DNA of 64,000 nt from Candidatus Eiseniibacteriota bacterium. Lineage in GTDB: Bacteria > Eisenbacteria > RBG-16-71-46 > JABDJR01. This document shows positions 41,783 to 51,584 of the stretch, one piece after another. The stretch is from positions 992,001-1,056,000 of the forward strand of contig CAWANH010000028.1 in assembly GCA_963783375.1 (NCBI GenBank), written 5' to 3'. The first letter of the stretch is position 1, and each line of letters opens with the position of its first letter. The position numbers and the translations under genes are program-made. The notes beneath the pieces are model-generated. The model was not told the origin of the DNA. It saw only the letters and a list, made by a program, of their open reading frames with translations, and searched no databases.

Positions 41783-42412
41783 ATGAGAGCGAAGCCCATG
41801 TTGACCCCGCTCTTCATCGGTCTGATCGCCGCCGGCGGTTGCTCGGATTCCACGACCCGGCCGCCGGTGGAGCAGCCGCCGCAGACGATCCTGCCCTCCA
41901 CCGTGGGGAGCTCCTGGACCTACCGCTGGCAGGACCTGAACGCCGGGACCACCGACACGGTGACCGTGACCGTCTTCGACACCGCGCACCGGGAACCCTA
42001 CGGGACGGTGGCCCTCCTCGCCGTGGAGCACCCCGACCGCACCGACACCCTCTTCCAGGCGGTCTCCGGCGACACGGTGAAGATCGAGTCCTACGGCCCG
42101 TACCCCTACTACCCGACCCCGGTCTGGTTCGTGCTGCCGCTCGAGGTGGGCTCGATGTGGCATGGGGCGGTCTGGGTGGACACCACCTGGGTCGAGGGAC
42201 AGGGCGCCCTCACCGTGCCCGCCGGGACCTTCACCGACGCGTTCCGGATCCACGAGACCTGGTGGGGATTCAATGCCGGGGGCGACGTGACCACGTGGGT
42301 CGTACCTGGCGTGGGGATCGTGAAAGAAGAGCGGTGGGAGTACGACCTCGGCCCGGGTCCGCACTACACGCGCGAGCTGACCGCCTACCACATCGTCCCG
42401 CTGGATGAGTAG
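41783..42412 (+). CDS. Lipoprotein with beta-rich domain (TVPAGTF motif)
   Basis: Lipobox AGGC; LPLEVGSMW, TVPAGTF, WVVPGVGIVK. Confidence 0.78.
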   Translation: MRAKPMLTPLFIGLIAAGGCSDSTTRPPVEQPPQTILPSTVGSSWTYRWQDLNAGTTDTVTVTVFDTAHREPYGTVALLAVEHPDRTDTLFQAVSGDTVKIESYGPYPYYPTPVWFVLPLEVGSMWHGAVWVDTTWVEGQGALTVPAGTFTDAFRIHETWWGFNAGGDVTTWVVPGVGIVKEERWEYDLGPGPHYTRELTAYHIVPLDE

Positions 42413-42418
42413 CGCCTC

Positions 42419-43242
42419 GTGAACGAACCGCTCTTCATCCGCACCTACGGCGATCGCGGGCCGGCGGTGGTGCTGCTCCACGGCGGCCCCGGCGCGCCCG
42501 GGACCCTCGCATCGCTGGCCCGAGGCCTCGCCGCGGACCACCGCGTGCTGGAACCCTACCAGCGCCGAAGCGGCTCCGAGCCCCTCACCGTGGCCCGCCA
42601 CGTGGCCGATCTCCACGAGCTGATCGCGGCGCGTTGCCCGGACGAAGCGCCGGTCCTGGTGGGCTCCTCCTGGGGGGCGATGCTGGCCCTGGCCCACGCC
42701 GCCGCCCATCCCGCCGACGCGCGGGGCCTGGTGCTCGTCGGCTGCGGCACGTTCGATCCGGACGCCCGCGAGCGCTTCCGGCAGACCGTGGCCGAACGGA
42801 TGACTCCCGAACTCCAGGCCCGCTACCAGGGGCTGGCCGGGGAGATCCCCGACCCCGACGACGGCTGGCCGCGGCGGGCCGGCTCTTCCAGGCGCTCTAC
42901 GCGGCCGGACCGGTCCTCGAGGATCCCGATGACCCCGCCGCCCCGTCCCCCGACGCCCGCGGCCACGAAGAGACCTGGAACGACATGCTCCGGCTCCAGG
43001 CCGAAGGAACCTACCCCGCCGCCTTCGCCGCGATCACCGCGCCGGTGGTGATGCTCCACGGCGACTTCGACCCCCATCCGGGGCGGATGATCGCCGACTC
43101 GCTCCGGCCGCACCTGTCCGGGCTCGACTACGTGGAGATCGCGGGCGCGGGCCACGAGCCGTGGCGGGAGCGGGACGCGCGCGCGAGGTTCCTCGCGCGC
43201 CTCCACGACACGCTGCTCGAGCTCACCGGCCGCTCAGCCTGA
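42419..43242 (+). CDS. Alpha/beta hydrolase, frameshifted at ~42862
   Basis: LHGGPG and GSSWG in ORF 42419; HGDFD and AGHEPW in ORF 42634. Confidence 0.85.
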
Positions 43243-44298
43243 GACCTCCTCCGCCGCCCGTTCCCGCTCCAGCATGTAGTCCAGGACCACCAGGAGCAGG
43301 ATGTTCAGCCCGAGACCCACCAGGGCCTCGAACTGCTTCTCGTAGAAGAGGAAGATCTGGGTGAGGAAGATCGTGACCAGGACCGAGCGCTTGAAGTCGC
43401 GGAAGGCGAGGAGCCGCGACCGGCGGAGCCGTATCACCCCCAGCACCACGAACACCGCGGAGAGGAGGGACGAGCCGATCTGGGCCGCCTCGATGAACGA
43501 GAGGTGCTCGACCCGGGCGGCGATGACCCCGAAGATGCGGCTGGCCAGCAGCTGGTCCCGCCCCATCCCCACCAGGAACACCAGCACGAAGACGTAGGAC
43601 AGGCGCAAGAGGACCTGCCCCACGAAGAAGATCACCAGGGCGGCACGGAAGCCGGGAAGGCCGGCCACCCGGGCGTAGAGGGCGTGGAGCCGGTGCTTGA
43701 ACCGGGCCCAGGGCCCCGGCGGCGGCTCGGGCACCAGCTCGATCCGGGCCAGGAGATCCTCGAGGAGCGGGACCAGGGGGTTCTCCGGGTCGCTTCGGGC
43801 CAGGTGGCGGAGGGCGCGTTGCTTCTCCTCGCGGTCGAGGTCCCGGAGCGCCACCTCCTCCATCTCCTTGAGGGCGTTCACCAGATGCTCCTCCGGCGTG
43901 TAGCCGCGAAGGCGCCGGATCCCCAGACCGGCAAGGATGAGGAGCACGATGACCGCGTACATGATCGCGACCGCGGGGCGGAAGAAGTAGTCGTTGTCGC
44001 TGGTCATGAACTTCCCGACCTCGTCGATGAAGAGGCCGAAGCCCGTGCCCCCGAGGACCATCGCGAAGCGGGTGGTGCGCCGGCTCAGGAACGAGGTGAG
44101 GAGGAGAATGGCCAGGGCCATGAGGAGGCCGCCCCAGAGCACGTGGGCCACGTGGAGGGTTTCGCCTCCCAGCCGGGGATAGCCGGTCAGGTGGAGATAG
44201 AACCGGACCGCGAGCACGGTGGCGACCGCGGCCACCAGGAAGTACTCCAGGTAGTCGGTGCTCTTGGCGTCCCGGATGAAATGGCGCTGGCGTCCCAC
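43234..44298 (-). CDS. Integral membrane hypothetical protein
   Basis: TGYPRLGG, HVAHVLWGG, FIDEVGKF...DYF; multiple TM helices. Confidence 0.8.
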   Translation of the reverse strand: MGRQRHFIRDAKSTDYLEYFLVAAVATVLAVRFYLHLTGYPRLGGETLHVAHVLWGGLLMALAILLLTSFLSRRTTRFAMVLGGTGFGLFIDEVGKFMTSDNDYFFRPAVAIMYAVIVLLILAGLGIRRLRGYTPEEHLVNALKEMEEVALRDLDREEKQRALRHLARSDPENPLVPLLEDLLARIELVPEPPPGPWARFKHRLHALYARVAGLPGFRAALVIFFVGQVLLRLSYVFVLVFLVGMGRDQLLASRIFGVIAARVEHLSFIEAAQIGSSLLSAVFVVLGVIRLRRSRLLAFRDFKRSVLVTIFLTQIFLFYEKQFEALVGLGLNILLLVVLDYMLERERAAEEVSG

Positions 44299-44306
44299 GA
44301 CCGGTC

Positions 44307-45278
44307 CTATCCTTCTCTCTCCGGTCCGGCGGAAAGGCCGAAGCCCTCCAGGAGCACCGGGGTGAAGTCTTCCAGGCGCCGGAGCCGGGGGGCCAACGCC
44401 TCCGCCCCCGCGCCGAACACCAGGGCGGGGACCGGGTTCAGGGTGTGCATCTTGGTGCCGAGGTCCTCGATGTTCCCGTGGTCGCTGGTGAGGATGACGG
44501 TGGTTCCGGCCAGGTCGACCCGGCGGAGCGCCGTCCCCAGGAACCGCTCCAGCTTCAGGAGCTCGTGAACCGCCTTGGCCTCGTCCCGGGCGTGCCCCGC
44601 CTTGTCGGTCTGGAAGAACTCGAACAACGTGAAGTCGGACTCGCCGGAGAGAGCGGCCAGGATCTCCCCCGCGCGCTCGGGGCTCCTCTCGGGAATGTCG
44701 TAGCCCCGGGCCCGGATGGAGTCGTGGGTGATGTCCTGGTACACCGCCCGCCCGGCCAGAAGGTCGTCCACGGTCCGGAACGGCAGCCCCGCGGCGTGGT
44801 TGGTCCAGGTGGTGGCGCTCATCCCCCGCTTCCACACCGCGTCCCCCAGCTCGAAGAAGAGGGGCCGGAACGCGTTCACGAAGGCGGCCCGCCGGCCCCC
44901 CTCGCGGAGCCGCTTCATGATCGAGAACCGGAGCAGCACCTTCTGGAGGGTGGCCAGGGGAACCCCGTTCAGATGGCGGCCCAGGATCTCCGCCGCGTTC
45001 TCTCCGGTGAAGATCGCGGTCTGTCCGGTGGCGCTCTGGGGAAGGCCGGCCACCCCCAACGAGGCGTCCACGGCCACCACCCGCCCGTCGAACGGGAGCG
45101 GTTTGCCGCGAAGCACCTCGGGGAGCGCGCCGGGCCTCCCGCCTCCCTCGGGGGGTGCCCAGCTTGCGGGGCGGAAGTTTCCCAGCAGATCCAGATCGGG
45201 GTGGCGGACCGGGTTCGAGACCCCCTCGGGATCCCCGAGCCCCAGGCCGTCCACGAAGATGAAGAGAATGCGATTCAC
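44307..45278 (-). CDS. Alkaline-phosphatase-superfamily metalloenzyme (phosphoglycerate mutase-like)
   Basis: FVDGLGLG, GLPQSATGQT, TDKAGH, TSDHGNIED, HTLNPVP. Confidence 0.85.
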   Translation of the reverse strand: MNRILFIFVDGLGLGDPEGVSNPVRHPDLDLLGNFRPASWAPPEGGGRPGALPEVLRGKPLPFDGRVVAVDASLGVAGLPQSATGQTAIFTGENAAEILGRHLNGVPLATLQKVLLRFSIMKRLREGGRRAAFVNAFRPLFFELGDAVWKRGMSATTWTNHAAGLPFRTVDDLLAGRAVYQDITHDSIRARGYDIPERSPERAGEILAALSGESDFTLFEFFQTDKAGHARDEAKAVHELLKLERFLGTALRRVDLAGTTVILTSDHGNIEDLGTKMHTLNPVPALVFGAGAEALAPRLRRLEDFTPVLLEGFGLSAGPEREG

Positions 45279-45413
45279 GATGAGCCCTGTCCGTTCGTGC
45301 CCGCCGAAGGCCGCTGCATGTCGTTGCGCTCCCGGAGTTCCGAAGTCTACCCGGGAAGAACCGCTCCCCAGTCTACCGGGGGAGCGGCCGGTCATGGTAT
45401 AAAGTGCCCCTTC

Positions 45414-46772
45414 ATGACCTACGTCACCGCCGACAATCCGGAGACCGGTTCCCGGGACGGAGTGCGCCTTCGGGGGGGCGCCTATCGTGACGTCGAATCG
45501 CTTGCCGCCCCTCCCGCCTATCGCGCCGGCGCCCTCTACTCGATCTACCCCCGCGCGTTTTCCGCCGCCGGCACCCTGGCCGCGATCCTTCCCGAGCTGG
45601 ACCGGATCGCCGAGCTGGGGGCCACCGCCCTCTGGCTTCTCCCCATCCACCCGGTGGGTCGCGAAGATCGAAAGGGGTCGGTGGGTTCGCCCTACGCGAT
45701 CCGGGACTATCGCGCGGTGGATCCGGCCCTGGGGACCCTGGACGATCTCCGCCGGCTCACCGAGCGGGCCCACCAACGGGGGCTCGCCGTCCTCATCGAC
45801 CTCGTGTTCAACCACGCGGCCATCGATCCGGTCGCGCGCGACGCCCATCCCGAGTGGTTCGCGGTCGACGCGGACGGCCGGCCCTCCCGCCGGGTGAGCG
45901 ACTGGTCCGACGTGGCGGACTGGCGTCACGACGCGCCCGGCGCCGCCGAATACCTGGTGGAAAGCGCGGCCTACTGGGTGCGGGAAGCCGGGATCGACGG
46001 GTATCGCTGCGACGTGGCGGGGATGGTCCCGGCCTCGGTCTGGAAGGCCGTCCACGAGCGGCTGGGCGCGCTCCGCCCCGACCACTTCATGCTGGCCGAG
46101 TGGCAGGACCCCGCCCTCCACACCGTCGCCTTCCACGCGTCCTACGACTGGGTGCTCTACCGCGCGCTCAAGGACGTGGCCCTGGGGCGGGCCCCCGCCC
46201 GCGCCGCCGCCGCCGCCCTCACCGCCTGGGGGGAGAACTTTCCCGCCGCCGCCCTCCCCCTTCGCTTCCTGGAGAACCACGACGAGCCCCGGGCGGTCGC
46301 GATCTTCGGGCGGCTCCGGCTTCCCGCCTACGCGGCGGTGGCGTTTCTCTCCGGCGGCCTCCCGCTCCTCTACAACGGGCAGGAGATCGGGGCCACCCGT
46401 CGCCCGAGCCTCTTCGAGACCGAGCCGATCGACTGGTCCCGCCCCGGCGCCGACGCCGGCCGGCTCTACCGCGGGCTTCTGGACCTCCGGAGGCGGAGCG
46501 ACCCCTGGGGGTCGGGGCCGGCGGCGGTGGTGGGCACCGACCGGGCGGAGGCGGTGCTGGCGTTCACCCGCGAGGGGGCGTCCCGACGGGGCCTCGTGGT
46601 GGCGAACCTGGCGCGCGGCGAAACCGCGGTGCGCCTGACCGGGAACGACGTCGGCGGCCCCTTCAAGCGGATCGGGGGGGAGTTCGCCCCGGTGGGGCCG
46701 GACGCCGTGGAGGCGGGGGGGGTGATCCGGCTGGCCGCGGGCGAAGCGTGGATCGGGGAGGGGACGCGATGA
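45414..46772 (+). CDS. GH13 alpha-amylase family glycosidase
   Basis: GSPYAIRDY, DLVFNH, DGYRCDVA, LAEW, FLENHD, LYNGQE. Confidence 0.92.
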   Translation: MTYVTADNPETGSRDGVRLRGGAYRDVESLAAPPAYRAGALYSIYPRAFSAAGTLAAILPELDRIAELGATALWLLPIHPVGREDRKGSVGSPYAIRDYRAVDPALGTLDDLRRLTERAHQRGLAVLIDLVFNHAAIDPVARDAHPEWFAVDADGRPSRRVSDWSDVADWRHDAPGAAEYLVESAAYWVREAGIDGYRCDVAGMVPASVWKAVHERLGALRPDHFMLAEWQDPALHTVAFHASYDWVLYRALKDVALGRAPARAAAAALTAWGENFPAAALPLRFLENHDEPRAVAIFGRLRLPAYAAVAFLSGGLPLLYNGQEIGATRRPSLFETEPIDWSRPGADAGRLYRGLLDLRRRSDPWGSGPAAVVGTDRAEAVLAFTREGASRRGLVVANLARGETAVRLTGNDVGGPFKRIGGEFAPVGPDAVEAGGVIRLAAGEAWIGEGTR

Positions 46773-46857
46773 TCGGCCGTACCGCCGCGCGCGCCCGCCG
46801 AGGCCTCGGGGGAGGCGGACGGCGACGCCGCGGAGGCGGGCCGGGGAGGAACGGAAG

Positions 46858-47709
46858 ATGGCGGTGAGACCGGAACCCGCCCGCCGCACCGGGATCCTGG
46901 AACGCGTGCTGGACCGGTGGGAGACCGAGGGACCGACCCGCCCCACCGCCGAGGCGTTGGACGGCCTTCACGCGGCGTGGCTCGGCCACGTGCCCTTCGA
47001 GAACGCCAGCAAGCTGGTCAAGGCGGCGCGGGTCATGGCTCCCGACGCCGCGGTCCGGGGACCGGTGGAGTTCTGGGAGGACCATCTCCGGTGGGGAAGC
47101 GGGGGAACCTGCTTCGCCTCGACCTATGCCTGGCAATTCCTGCTTCGATACCTCGGTTATCCCTCCCAGCTCCTCTTCTGCCACCTTCCGGCCGAGAAGC
47201 CCCAGGCCCACACCGCGCTGTGCGTGGAGGCGGACGGGGCGCGCTGGCTGGTGGACGTGGGCTACGCCCTTCCCGCTCCGGTCCCGCTTCCTACCGGCGC
47301 CGCGGTCCGCCGGCGGGCGCGCTTCTACGACGTGGAGATCCGGCGCGGACCGAAGGGCGAGTACCTGGTGTTCAGCGAGGACGACCGGGGCCAGCGGTTC
47401 CGGTACCGGTTCGAGCTCCGGGGGGCCAGCGACACCGCCTACCTCGAGGCGTGGCGGACGACCTTCTCGCTGGAAGCCCCCTACATGCGCCGGCTGGCCC
47501 TCGGACGGTTCCGGGAAGACGCACGATACCTCTACAAGGCCGAGGGGCGGATCTACGCGATTACCCGAAGAGGAGAGCGGGAAATCACCCTCCCGGGACC
47601 GCCGGTCAAGGCCCTGGCGTCCACGTTTGGGCTGAGCGAACCCCTTGTGCAGGCAGCATTTGGGGCACTGAAGCGCCTCCAGGGACTTCGGGCCGGGATA
47701 TCCGGATAA
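46858..47709 (+). CDS. Arylamine N-acetyltransferase family protein
   Basis: HVPFEN, GGTCF, HTAL, WLVDVG (Cys-His-Asp triad). Confidence 0.85.
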   Translation: MAVRPEPARRTGILERVLDRWETEGPTRPTAEALDGLHAAWLGHVPFENASKLVKAARVMAPDAAVRGPVEFWEDHLRWGSGGTCFASTYAWQFLLRYLGYPSQLLFCHLPAEKPQAHTALCVEADGARWLVDVGYALPAPVPLPTGAAVRRRARFYDVEIRRGPKGEYLVFSEDDRGQRFRYRFELRGASDTAYLEAWRTTFSLEAPYMRRLALGRFREDARYLYKAEGRIYAITRRGEREITLPGPPVKALASTFGLSEPLVQAAFGALKRLQGLRAGISG

Positions 47710-47729
47710 GTGAATCCTCAATTTGGCGG

Positions 47730-47759
47730 TTGACCCGCCGATCTGGTTTTACCTAAACT
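47730..47759 (+). promoter_or_regulatory. sigma70-like promoter of fur-feo operon
   Basis: TTGACC-N18-TAAACT immediately upstream of the palindromic operator. Confidence 0.55.
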
Positions 47760-47770
47760 CTTCGTCTGAG

Positions 47771-47789
47771 ATTGAGACTGAGTCTCAAT
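47771..47789. promoter_or_regulatory. Perfect 9-1-9 palindromic operator (Fur-box-like)
   Basis: ATTGAGACT-G-AGTCTCAAT upstream of fur. Confidence 0.8.
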
Positions 47790-47827
47790 TGCATGCAAGC
47801 GATCGAAGACCCCAGCCCGGAGCGAAC

Positions 47828-48328
47828 ATGGTCAACCCCAACGACATGAGCGCGGTGCGCGAAGGAGACGGCAAGGACGAGGGGCCCTATGCCCGGTTCG
47901 AGGCCTATCTCCGCTCCCACAATCTGCGGATGACGCCGGAACGCCGGTCGGTGCTCGAGGTGATCCTGAACCGCCACGGACACTTCGACACCGAGGAACT
48001 CCTTCAGTTCCTTCGCCGCCGGCACAAGCGGGTGAGTCGCGCGACCCTCTACCGCACCCTCGACCACCTGCGGACGGCGGGGCTGGTGAAGATGCACCGC
48101 TTCGGGCGCGGGCACGCCCTCTATGAGCATATCTACGGGCGGCAGCACCACGACCACATGGTCTGCGACGGATGCGGCACGGTCATCGAGTTCGTGAACG
48201 AGGACATCGAGCGGCTCCAGGACGAGGTCTGCGGGCAGCACGGTTTCAAATCCACCAACCACGTCATGCAGATCTTCGGGCTGTGTTCGGCGTGCCAGGC
48301 GCAAGCCGGGGAAGGGAGCAAGGGGTAG
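47828..48328 (+). CDS. fur: Fur-family transcriptional regulator
   Basis: LRMTPER, SRATLYRTL, HHDHMVCDGCG, FGLCSAC. Confidence 0.9.
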   Translation: MVNPNDMSAVREGDGKDEGPYARFEAYLRSHNLRMTPERRSVLEVILNRHGHFDTEELLQFLRRRHKRVSRATLYRTLDHLRTAGLVKMHRFGRGHALYEHIYGRQHHDHMVCDGCGTVIEFVNEDIERLQDEVCGQHGFKSTNHVMQIFGLCSACQAQAGEGSKG

Positions 48329-48358
48329 GGCGCCTTCGGCCGCCCCATCCACGCGATC

Positions 48359-50596
48359 ATGGCCAGCATCACCGAAACCGCAGCTTCCTGCCACGGCGCC
48401 GCCGCCGAGTCCACGGCCGGGCCGGCCCCGACCGGCCGCCTGGTCCTGGTCGGAAACCCCAACGTGGGGAAGAGCGTCATCTTCGGCTTCCTGACCGGTC
48501 GCTACGTGACCGTGTCGAACTACCCCGGGACCACCGTGACCCTGACCAAGGGACGCGCCCGCCACGGCATCGACCTCGATGGCCGGATCGATGAGGACGG
48601 GGACGCGGGGGGACGCGGGCGGAGGCGTGGGCGGAGGCGCGGAGCGTCTGCGGACGACCCGGCGCATCGCCGGCGCGATGGCCAAGGTGGCGGCCACGGC
48701 CACGGCCGTCACGCGAGTTCGCTGGAGGTGATCGATACCCCGGGGGTGAACAGTCTCATCCCCATGTCGGAGGACGAGCGGGTGACCCGGGACGTCCTCC
48801 TGGAGTCCCCGGCCGAAGCGGTGATCCAGGTGGCCGACGCCAAGAACCTCCGCCGCTCGCTCCTCATCTCCTCCCAGCTCGCCGAGATGGGGATCCCCTT
48901 CGCCCTGGACCTCAACATGACCGACGAGGCGGGGAACCTCGGGGTGGAGGTGGATGAAAAGGCCCTGGCCGAGGCCCTGGGGATCGACGTGGTCCGGACG
49001 GTGGCCGTCCGCCGGAAGGGATTCGACGATCTCCGCCGCTCGCTCCGCGCCCAGCGCCGGGCCCGGCTCGAGGTGGCCTACCCCCAGGCGGTGGAAGCGG
49101 CCATCGCCGAGATGGCCCCCCATCTTCCCGAGTGCCACATCACCAAACGGAGCCTGGCGGTCATGGTGCTCTCCGGGGACGAGTCGCTCACCCCCTGGCT
49201 CCGTGACCGCACCTCCGAGGCCTCGGTCCAGGCCCTGGAGGCCATCCGCCTCCGGGCCGCCTCCCGGAGCCCCCAGCCCCTGGGGCTGGTGGTGAACGCC
49301 GCGCGGCTCCAGGCGGTGGACCGGGTGGTGGAGCGGGTCGAGGTGCGCCCCCGCCGGCGGCAGGGCTCGATCCTCGACACCGTGGGCTACCTCGCCATGC
49401 ACCCGATCTGGGGGATTCCGGTGCTTCTGGCCGTGCTCTACGGCATGTACCAGTTCGTGGGGGTCCTGGGCGCGGGGACCATGGTCAACTTCCTCGAGAC
49501 CACGGTGTTCGGGCACTACCTGAGCCCCTGGGCCATCCACGCCACCGACTTCCTCCTCCGCTTCCCGCACCAACACCTGGTGGAGAACGGGGTGATCCTC
49601 CCCGACTACACGGTGACCGCGGCGCACCTCGCCTGGTGGCAGACCGGGCTGAAGTTCCTCCACGACCTCCTGGTGGGCCCCTACGGCCAGGTCACCATGG
49701 CCCTCTCCTACGCCATCGCGCTGATCCTTCCCATCGTGGCCACCTTCTTCATCGCCTTCGGCCTTCTGGAGGACTCCGGGTACCTGCCGCGGCTCGCGGT
49801 CATGGTGAACCGGATCTTCCGCACCATGGGGCTGAACGGGAAGGCGGTGCTGCCCATGGTGCTGGGCCTGGGTTGCGACACCATGGCCACCCTCACCACC
49901 CGGATCCTGGAGACCAGGAAGGAACGGATCCTGGTGACCCTGCTTCTCGCCCTGGGGGTGCCCTGCTCGGCCCAGCTCGGGGTGATCCTGGGCATGATCC
50001 GGGCGCTCTCCCTGGGGGCCACCCTGGTCTGGGGCGGCTCCATCGTGCTCACCCTGTTCGCGGTGGGGTGGCTCGCGGCCCGGCTCGTCCCCGGCCAGAG
50101 CTCCGACTTCATCCTGGAGCTTCCCCCCATCCGCCGGCCCCAGCTCTCCAACATCGTGGTCAAGACCCTGGCCCGGATCGAGTGGTACATGCGGGAGGCG
50201 GTGCCGCTCTTCCTCCTGGGCACCCTGATCCTCTTCGCCGCCGACGCCTTTCATGTCCTGGGGGTGGTGGAGCGGGTGTCGGCCCCGGTGGTGCACGGGG
50301 TTCTCGGGCTTCCTCCCCAGGCGGCCCAGGCGTTCCTGATCGGGTTCCTCCGCCGGGACTACGGCGCGGCCGGGCTCTACGATCTCTCCCGGCAGGGACT
50401 CCTGGATCCGGTGCAGCTCATCGTGTCCATGGTCACCATCACCCTCTTCGTTCCCTGCATCGCCAACTTCTTCATCATGATCAAGGAGCAGGGGATCCGG
50501 ACCGCCATGGCCATGGTGGCCTTCATCGTGCCCATGGCCTTTCTGGTCGGAGGCGCCCTCAACTGGGGCCTCCGCGCCCTCGGAGTCACGTTCTGA
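48359..50596 (+). CDS. feoB: Ferrous iron transporter FeoB
   Basis: GNPNVGKS, NYPGTTV, DTPG, NMTD, LEDSGYLPR, LGLGC, PCSAQ, FILELP, PCIA. Confidence 0.96.
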   Translation: MASITETAASCHGAAAESTAGPAPTGRLVLVGNPNVGKSVIFGFLTGRYVTVSNYPGTTVTLTKGRARHGIDLDGRIDEDGDAGGRGRRRGRRRGASADDPAHRRRDGQGGGHGHGRHASSLEVIDTPGVNSLIPMSEDERVTRDVLLESPAEAVIQVADAKNLRRSLLISSQLAEMGIPFALDLNMTDEAGNLGVEVDEKALAEALGIDVVRTVAVRRKGFDDLRRSLRAQRRARLEVAYPQAVEAAIAEMAPHLPECHITKRSLAVMVLSGDESLTPWLRDRTSEASVQALEAIRLRAASRSPQPLGLVVNAARLQAVDRVVERVEVRPRRRQGSILDTVGYLAMHPIWGIPVLLAVLYGMYQFVGVLGAGTMVNFLETTVFGHYLSPWAIHATDFLLRFPHQHLVENGVILPDYTVTAAHLAWWQTGLKFLHDLLVGPYGQVTMALSYAIALILPIVATFFIAFGLLEDSGYLPRLAVMVNRIFRTMGLNGKAVLPMVLGLGCDTMATLTTRILETRKERILVTLLLALGVPCSAQLGVILGMIRALSLGATLVWGGSIVLTLFAVGWLAARLVPGQSSDFILELPPIRRPQLSNIVVKTLARIEWYMREAVPLFLLGTLILFAADAFHVLGVVERVSAPVVHGVLGLPPQAAQAFLIGFLRRDYGAAGLYDLSRQGLLDPVQLIVSMVTITLFVPCIANFFIMIKEQGIRTAMAMVAFIVPMAFLVGGALNWGLRALGVTF

Positions 50597-50823
50597 TGAC
50601 GTTCACCTGTCCCGTCTGCGGCGGCGAGCTGAAGGAGCACGTCTCCGGCTGCTCGACCTGCCCCATGAACGGCGGTTGCGAGATGATGTGCTGTGAGAAC
50701 TGCGGATACGAGACGGTGGCCCCGAAGTCGGTCACCGTGGACTTCGTGAAGCGGCTCCTCAAACTGGGTTCGCGGAAGAAACCCGCCGAGACCTCGGCGC
50801 CGGTGAAGGGAGGCGATCGATGA
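50596..50823 (+). CDS. Small 8-Cys protein (FeoC-position, putative Fe-S/Zn binding)
   Basis: ATG overlaps feoB TGA; CPVC-x10-CSTCP-x4-C-x3-CCENCGY. Confidence 0.82.
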   Translation: MTFTCPVCGGELKEHVSGCSTCPMNGGCEMMCCENCGYETVAPKSVTVDFVKRLLKLGSRKKPAETSAPVKGGDR

Positions 50824-51494
50824 GCGAGAGAACCCTCTCCACCCACCCTGAATTCCTGAAGCAGCCCACCGACGAGATCCTGGAGAGCCTGTGGCTCCGG
50901 CGGGAGGAGGCGGCGACCGGGGTGGTGCCCGACGGCGAGCCCACCCTGGACCGGTCGGCGGTGGATCGGATGGTGAGCGACGGTTACGTGCTCTGGAGCG
51001 GCGACCGGCCCGTCCTGACCGAGTCGGGGGAGGAGCGCGCCCGGGCGGTGGTGCGAAGCCATCGCCTGGCCGAGCGGCTCCTGGCCGACGTGCTCGGGGT
51101 GCCGGCGGGGGAGGCGGAGAAGACCGCCTGCCTGATGGAGCACATCCTGAGCACCGCGGTGACCGACGCGGTGTGCGGCTTCCTCGGGCACCCGCCCACC
51201 TGCCCGCACGGGCGTGAGATCCCCTCCGGGCCCTGCTGCGGGGAGCGGAAGAACGGGATCAAGCCGCTGGTGGTGCCGCTGAACGAGCTGGAGCCGGGGC
51301 GTTCGGCCCGGGTGATGTTCATCGCCCCGGGGGTGATGAAACGGCTGGAGCGCCTCGCCAGCTTCGGCCTGGTGCCGGGAACGGTGGTGGAGCTCCGGCA
51401 GAAGCGGCCGTCCTTCGTGATCGAGATCGGGGGGACGACGCTCGCGCTCGAGGGCGAGGTGGCGGGCGGGATCTTCGTGCGCCGGGAGAGCTAG
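50820..51494 (+). CDS. DtxR/MntR-type metal-binding domain fused to C-terminal FeoA domain
   Basis: LTESG, HRLAERLL, ACLMEH, HPPTCPHG; FeoA PLNELEPG...RLASFGLVPG...LAL. Confidence 0.88.
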   Translation: MSERTLSTHPEFLKQPTDEILESLWLRREEAATGVVPDGEPTLDRSAVDRMVSDGYVLWSGDRPVLTESGEERARAVVRSHRLAERLLADVLGVPAGEAEKTACLMEHILSTAVTDAVCGFLGHPPTCPHGREIPSGPCCGERKNGIKPLVVPLNELEPGRSARVMFIAPGVMKRLERLASFGLVPGTVVELRQKRPSFVIEIGGTTLALEGEVAGGIFVRRES

Positions 51495-51545
51495 CGAAGC
51501 CGGCATGCTCCGCCCGGCGGGGAGCCGGCGCCTTTTTCGGGTGTT

Positions 51546-51564
51546 GTTGCGATAGAGTCTCAAT
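51546..51564. promoter_or_regulatory. Second copy of the Fur-box-like operator
   Basis: GTTGCGATAGAGTCTCAAT, 15/19 identical to 47771-47789, just upstream of the porin RBS. Confidence 0.72.
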
Positions 51565-51584
51565 ATCAGTATATGGAGGAATGT

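Noticed and set aside
44307-46946. Overlapping 879-aa (-) and 775-aa (+) ORFs
   Set aside because: Each is a real gene (metalloenzyme 44307-45278, GH13 45414-46772) extended upstream through the other's antisense strand. The true starts are divergent and do not overlap.
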